This document shows, piece after piece, positions 59,468 to 64,000 of a DNA stretch of 64,000 bases; position 1 is the stretch's first letter; every line of letters begins with the position of its first letter. The notes under the pieces were generated by a model, which was not told the DNA's origin, searched no databases, and saw nothing but the letters and a program-made list of their open reading frames with translations. Source of the stretch: Novimethylophilus sp. (GTDB lineage: Bacteria > Pseudomonadota > Gammaproteobacteria > Burkholderiales > Methylophilaceae); the NCBI RefSeq assembly GCF_036504375.1, contig NZ_DASXVH010000045.1, positions 9,921 through 73,920 on the forward strand. The letters are read 5' to 3'. Position numbers and translations under genes: made by a program.

Positions 59468-60805
59468 GTGCAAGATTTCTGGTGGCGCACAACCTGGCCG
59501 CTTTTGCCGGCAATTCTATTCTGCCTCGTCCTCTGGCCGGTAGCAGGCAGCGGCACCGCGCTGCTAGTCTTCTGCCTGTCTTTGTGCGCATTGCTCGCAT
59601 TGCACCTGTTCAACCTGCGCAAGCTGGCGGGCTGGCTAAAAAAACCCGATCTGCATGCCATCCCCGAGGGCAACGGCATCTGGGATGACATCTTCGCCAA
59701 CCTGTATCAGGAGCTGCGGCGCCATTCGCGCAGCGAAACCCGTCTGATATCCGCACTGGAACGCTTGCAGCAAGCTGCTGGTGCGCTTCCCGACGGGGTC
59801 GTGGTATTGAATGAAACAGACCAGATCGAATGGTGCAACCCCAGTGCCGGCCGCCAACTGGGCCTGCGTCTGGACCAGGATGCCGGCAAGCCGATCAGCT
59901 ATCTGGTACGCCAGACCGAATTCATCGCTTATTTAAATGCGCGCAATTACACCGAGCCGCTGCTGCTCAAATCGGCACGCAATCCTGATGTTTCGCTGGA
60001 ACTGCAACTGGTGCCATTCGGCGAAAATCAGAAACTACTGATCTGCCGTGACATTACACATCTGGAAAAGATCGAAACCATGCGGCGCGATTTTATCGCC
60101 AATGTTTCGCACGAGCTGCGCACGCCATTGACGGTGGTCGGCGGTTTTCTGGAGACATTGAAGGATATCGAGGGTGCAGTGCCGGACAATCTGCGCCATT
60201 ACTTCGACCTGATGGAAGACCAGACCGGCCGCATGCGCAATCTGGTGGAAGATCTGTTGATGCTGTCGCAACTGGAAAGCAGCCAGAATCCCCCGCAAGA
60301 AAGCATAGTCGATGTTCCGGCTTTGCTGGATACGGTACAGACCGAGGCGCAAAACCTCAGCGCAGGCCGCCATCATGTTTTGATCGAGCACGCGGACCCC
60401 ACGCTGAATTTGCGCGGCAGCCAGGACGAACTGCACAGCGCATTCGGCAACCTGGTCAACAATGCGATACGCTATACGCCGGAAGGCGGCGAAATCCGCA
60501 TATGCTGGCAGTTGCGGGGCAAGGAGGCAGTATTCAGCGTGCGGGACACCGGCATTGGTATCGAACAACATCATATCGCGCGTTTAACCGAACGCTTCTA
60601 CCGCGTGGACCGCAGCCGTTCGCGGGAAACCGGTGGCACCGGGCTGGGTTTATCCATTGTCAAGCACATCCTTACCCGGCACCAGGCGCGGCTGGAAATC
60701 CAGAGCGAGTTCGGTAAGGGCAGCACATTCAGCGCGATATTCCCGCCCGAACATGTGGCGCTGAAATCCGCTGAGAAGAATAAGCAGGGCGCGTTAACGT
60801 CTTAG
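59468..60805 (+). CDS. phoR: Phosphate regulon sensor kinase PhoR
   Basis: GTG start. Two TM segments and a PAS domain. H-box FIANVSHELRTPLTV. N box NLVNNAIRYTP. G boxes RDTGIGI and GGTGLGLSIVKH. Confidence 0.92.
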   Translation: MQDFWWRTTWPLLPAILFCLVLWPVAGSGTALLVFCLSLCALLALHLFNLRKLAGWLKKPDLHAIPEGNGIWDDIFANLYQELRRHSRSETRLISALERLQQAAGALPDGVVVLNETDQIEWCNPSAGRQLGLRLDQDAGKPISYLVRQTEFIAYLNARNYTEPLLLKSARNPDVSLELQLVPFGENQKLLICRDITHLEKIETMRRDFIANVSHELRTPLTVVGGFLETLKDIEGAVPDNLRHYFDLMEDQTGRMRNLVEDLLMLSQLESSQNPPQESIVDVPALLDTVQTEAQNLSAGRHHVLIEHADPTLNLRGSQDELHSAFGNLVNNAIRYTPEGGEIRICWQLRGKEAVFSVRDTGIGIEQHHIARLTERFYRVDRSRSRETGGTGLGLSIVKHILTRHQARLEIQSEFGKGSTFSAIFPPEHVALKSAEKNKQGALTS

Positions 60806-61543
60806 TCAGAACGGCAGAAACAAGGCTGTCGCCAGGCTCAGTGCGACGCGCGAAATGAGGCGCTGCGATTTTTCGGCCAGCGTGATTGCATATAAATCCG
60901 TCCGGCCGATGATCTTGCCGAACTCGCGCTCAAAACTGAGATTGCGTTCGTTATCGTGCAGTTCGTTGGTCAGCAGATACAGCTGGCCTTGGGCATCGCG
61001 TGCATTGGAAAGCTTCCACGCGGCGATTTCGACATTGCGCGCGGCATTGTAAATATTCTGCGGATCCAGGCTATCGGTCAGATAAAATTCCGATTTTCCG
61101 CCATGCGCCTTGACCAACATGGTCTCTAAGCCGACGATGAGCGGCAGCACGCGGTCACCCTGGTAATCCGGCAGAAACGCCAGCTGAATCGCGTCGGTAC
61201 CTTGCGCTTCGTTGATGTTCTTGAATTTCCAGCCGTGTCCGCCTTCGAATACCCAACCCACCATCTCCTCGACAGTGCCCGAAGTGCTCTTTTTGAGTTC
61301 GCGCGGATTGCGTTTGTAGAGCTTGGTCATCAACAGGCGCAGGCTATGCATGTTCTCCCGCATCTGCACGTCCGCCATGCGGTCGAGGTCGGATTTTCCC
61401 AGCTGGTTCAGGGAGCTGCGGTCGCTCTGTTCCGGCACCGGCTTGCTGCCCGGGTTGGGCGCGGTAGTGACGCAGGCGGGCAGGACGCCGAAGCAAAAAA
61501 GCATGGCAGCTGCTAGACATCCCCTGCGTCCCAGCTGTCCCAT
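60806..61543 (-). CDS. Hypothetical lipoprotein
   Basis: 245 aa. Lipobox GVLPAC/VTT. Its stop abuts the phoR stop with zero spacer. I recognise no family. Confidence 0.7.
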   Translation of the reverse strand: MGQLGRRGCLAAAMLFCFGVLPACVTTAPNPGSKPVPEQSDRSSLNQLGKSDLDRMADVQMRENMHSLRLLMTKLYKRNPRELKKSTSGTVEEMVGWVFEGGHGWKFKNINEAQGTDAIQLAFLPDYQGDRVLPLIVGLETMLVKAHGGKSEFYLTDSLDPQNIYNAARNVEIAAWKLSNARDAQGQLYLLTNELHDNERNLSFEREFGKIIGRTDLYAITLAEKSQRLISRVALSLATALFLPF

Positions 61544-61566
61544 GCATTCCCCCTATGCTGCTTGAA

Positions 61567-62025
61567 TTATCGATCTGGCTTCTTCAGGCCATCCCACAAC
61601 AGCAGCGCCGCGCCTAGCGTAATCGCCGAGTCGGCCACATTGAAGGCCGGCCAATAATAGGCATGATAGTGAAAATAGAGAAAATCCACCACGTGGCCGA
61701 GCATGACCCGATCCCACAGGTTGCCCAGTGCCCCCCCCAGGATCAGGCTTAGCGCCAGGCAAAACAGTTTCCTGCCCGGATGTTTGCGCAGCAAGTGAAC
61801 AATGATGCCTGAGGCGATTAGCGCGAAAACGCTGAAAAAGATACGCTGCCATCCGCCGGCATTGGCCAGAAAGCTGAAGGCAGCGCCGGCGTTATAAAAC
61901 AGCACCAGGTCGAGAAACGCCGTCACGCTGCGGTGTTCGCCGAAAGCGAACGCCGACTGCACCCAGCCTTTGGTCAGCTGGTCCAGCAGGATCACGACGA
62001 CGCTGATGGCCAGCCAGTTACGCAT
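61567..62025 (-). CDS. lspA: Lipoprotein signal peptidase (signal peptidase II)
   Basis: ORF to 62049 (TTG). I prefer ATG 62025 (MRNWLAISVVVILLDQLTK). FYNAGAAFSF and FNVADSAI motifs. Confidence 0.95.
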   Translation of the reverse strand: MRNWLAISVVVILLDQLTKGWVQSAFAFGEHRSVTAFLDLVLFYNAGAAFSFLANAGGWQRIFFSVFALIASGIIVHLLRKHPGRKLFCLALSLILGGALGNLWDRVMLGHVVDFLYFHYHAYYWPAFNVADSAITLGAALLLWDGLKKPDR

Positions 62026-64000
62026 GGCTGCGCGGCTCGCCCCGGCCAAACAGATTGCTCACGCAGCGCCCGCAAATCTGCGGGTGCGCCGCATCGGCGC
62101 CGACATCGACACGATAGTGCCAGCAGCGCTCGCATTTGACGTGCGCGCTCGGCGCCGCAATGATACCGACGCCTTCGAGCGCCGATGTTGCAGCATCGGG
62201 GTGACGACCCTGATGTACACGGGCTTGCGAGGTGATGAACGCAAAGCGCAGGTCGTCGCCCAGCATATTCAGCTGCGCCAGCAGCTCGCCTTCGGCATAG
62301 ATGTCGACCTCGGCCTGCAGCGAAGACCCGATCTTGCCTGCCTGGCGCAGCTCTTCCAGCAGCTTGAGCACATCGGCGCGCAGCAGGCGCAATTTCCCCC
62401 AGCGGCTGCTTAGTTCGGCGCCGCCATCAATCTTCGGCAATTCATACCAGGTATGCAGCAGCACGCTGTCGGCAGGGTTGCCCGACAGCAATTCCCAGAC
62501 TTCGTCCGCGGTAAACGACAACACCGGTGCGAACAATTGGGTCAGCACCTGCGTGATATGCCACAGTACGCTCTGGGCGGCGCGACGCGGCCTGGAATCG
62601 GCGCCTGCGGTATACAGCCGGTCCTTGAGGATATCGAGGTAGAACCCGCCCAACTCCTCGGAACAAAAGTTATGCAGATCCTGCACCACCAGATGGAATT
62701 CGTAGCTGTCGTAATTTTTCCTGATGCGGCTCTGCAGCTCGGCGGTCAGCTCCAGCGCGTAACGGTCGATCTCCAGCCATTGCTCAGCCGGCAACAGGTC
62801 TTTCCTGGCGTCGAAATCCGCCAGATTGGCCAGCAAGAAGCGCAAGGTATTGCGGATGCGGCGGTAACTCTCCACCACGCGCTTGAGGATTTCGTCTGAA
62901 ATCGTCAATTCGCCGGAATAATCGGTCGACGCCACCCACAGCCGCAGGATATCGGCGCCGTAAGTGTCCATGACCTTCTGCGGCGCGATGACGTTGCCCT
63001 TGGATTTGCTCATCTTGTGGCCGGAGCCGTCCACCACGAAGCCGTGCGTCAGCAGGGCATCAAATGGAGCACGGCCGTCGATGGCGCAGCCGGTAAGCAG
63101 CGACGACTGGAACCAGCCGCGGTGCTGGTCCGAGCCTTCCAGGTAGAGATCCGCCGGATGCTGCAATTCCGGCCGGCGCTTCAGCACGGCCGCATGCGTG
63201 GCGCCGGAATCGAACCAGACGTCCAGCGTGTCGGTGACTTTCTTGTACTGTTCGGCCTGTTCCGGTGCCTGGGCTTGCAGGAAGGCCGCGCCATCCAGCG
63301 AGAACCAGGCTTCTATGCCCTGCTGCTCGACCTCTAACGCGACTTTTTCCAGCAGTTCCAGCGTGCGCGGATGCGGCTCGCCAGTCTCCTTGTGCACGAA
63401 CAGCGGCATGGGCACGCCCCAGTTGCGCTGGCGCGACACGCACCAATCGGGGCGGTTCTTGATCATCGCCTCCAGCCGCGCGCGGCCCCAGGACGGGAAG
63501 AATTGCGTATCCTCCACCGCTTTATTGGCGGATTCGCGCAGGGTTTTGCCGCCCTTTCCGGATTGGTTCATACCGATGAACCACTGGTGCGTGGCGCGGA
63601 AAATCACCGGCGTCTTGTGGCGCCAGCAATGCGGGTAGCTGTGGTTGAGCCGCGCCGAAGCCATCAAATGGCCGCCGGCTTGCAGCGTCTCGATCACGAC
63701 CTTGTTGGCATCCCACACGCTCATGCCGCCGACCAGCGGCACCTTGGCGAAAAATTTGCCGTTGTCGTCCACCGGGTTGTCCGCCGGCAAGTCGTAGCGC
63801 ATGCCCACCGCATAGTCGTCCAGGCCGTGCGCCGGCGCGGTATGCACCAGCCCGGTACCGGCGTCGGTGGTGACATGGTCGCCGCAGATCACCGGCACCT
63901 GACGCGCATAGAACGGATGCTGCAACCGCAGGTGCTCCAGTGCGGCGCCCTTGCATGAAGCCAACGTGACCGTCGCACTCTCGCCATAGCGGACCAGCGT
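62018..64000 (-). CDS. ileS: Isoleucyl-tRNA synthetase (C-terminal about 660 codons; N-terminus beyond the right edge)
   Basis: The frame stays open to base 64000. KMSKS motif (HKMSKSKGN). C-terminal zinc knuckles CERCWHY and CGRC. Conserved ileS-lspA order. Confidence 0.97.
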   Translation of the reverse strand, partial: TLVRYGESATVTLASCKGAALEHLRLQHPFYARQVPVICGDHVTTDAGTGLVHTAPAHGLDDYAVGMRYDLPADNPVDDNGKFFAKVPLVGGMSVWDANKVVIETLQAGGHLMASARLNHSYPHCWRHKTPVIFRATHQWFIGMNQSGKGGKTLRESANKAVEDTQFFPSWGRARLEAMIKNRPDWCVSRQRNWGVPMPLFVHKETGEPHPRTLELLEKVALEVEQQGIEAWFSLDGAAFLQAQAPEQAEQYKKVTDTLDVWFDSGATHAAVLKRRPELQHPADLYLEGSDQHRGWFQSSLLTGCAIDGRAPFDALLTHGFVVDGSGHKMSKSKGNVIAPQKVMDTYGADILRLWVASTDYSGELTISDEILKRVVESYRRIRNTLRFLLANLADFDARKDLLPAEQWLEIDRYALELTAELQSRIRKNYDSYEFHLVVQDLHNFCSEELGGFYLDILKDRLYTAGADSRPRRAAQSVLWHITQVLTQLFAPVLSFTADEVWELLSGNPADSVLLHTWYELPKIDGGAELSSRWGKLRLLRADVLKLLEELRQAGKIGSSLQAEVDIYAEGELLAQLNMLGDDLRFAFITSQARVHQGRHPDAATSALEGVGIIAAPSAHVKCERCWHYRVDVGADAAHPQICGRCVSNLFGRGEPRSHA

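Overview
High-GC (about 58-60% by eye) proteobacterial chromosome segment. Gene content and order look betaproteobacterial: a pdh operon whose LpdA carries a lipoyl domain, rnfABCDGE-nth, dapA-bamC, suhB/trmJ-cysE-iscR-isc-hsc-fdx, and ileS-lspA. About 70 tightly packed genes, nearly all core functions: aceE-aceF-lpdA, a flagellar regulatory/stator block (flgMN; flhF-flhG-fliA-motAB), an ECF sigma/anti-sigma pair, the Rnf complex, mutS, a P-type ATPase, the complete ISC Fe-S machinery, ubiUVT, a PAS-GGDEF-EAL protein, an OFA-family MFS transporter and phoBR. I saw no rRNA, tRNA, transposase, integrase, prophage or CRISPR array. I did not find a complete, clearly novel multi-gene system. The best leads follow. 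(1) At the left edge, a Cas3 HD-domain gene that is missing from the ORF track is preceded on the same strand by an overlapping Tat-exported HIRAN protein and a WYL regulator. (2) A short FliD-like protein without head domains sits behind an ECF-type promoter, next to the ECF sigma/anti-sigma pair. (3) An FlhG homologue keeps the FlhF-activating DQAxxLR helix but has lost its P-loop. (4) A five-gene overlapping operon reads yhcC-like radical SAM, ubiU, ubiV, ubiT, VOC. (5) FIST and DUF1841 genes are translationally coupled to rnf-nth. (6) A second NifS-like desulfurase lies between iscR and iscS. (7) An unannotated 43-aa membrane peptide lies behind the OFA transporter, near a three-repeat Pho box. 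All family calls rest on motif recognition by eye and need HMM or BLAST confirmation.
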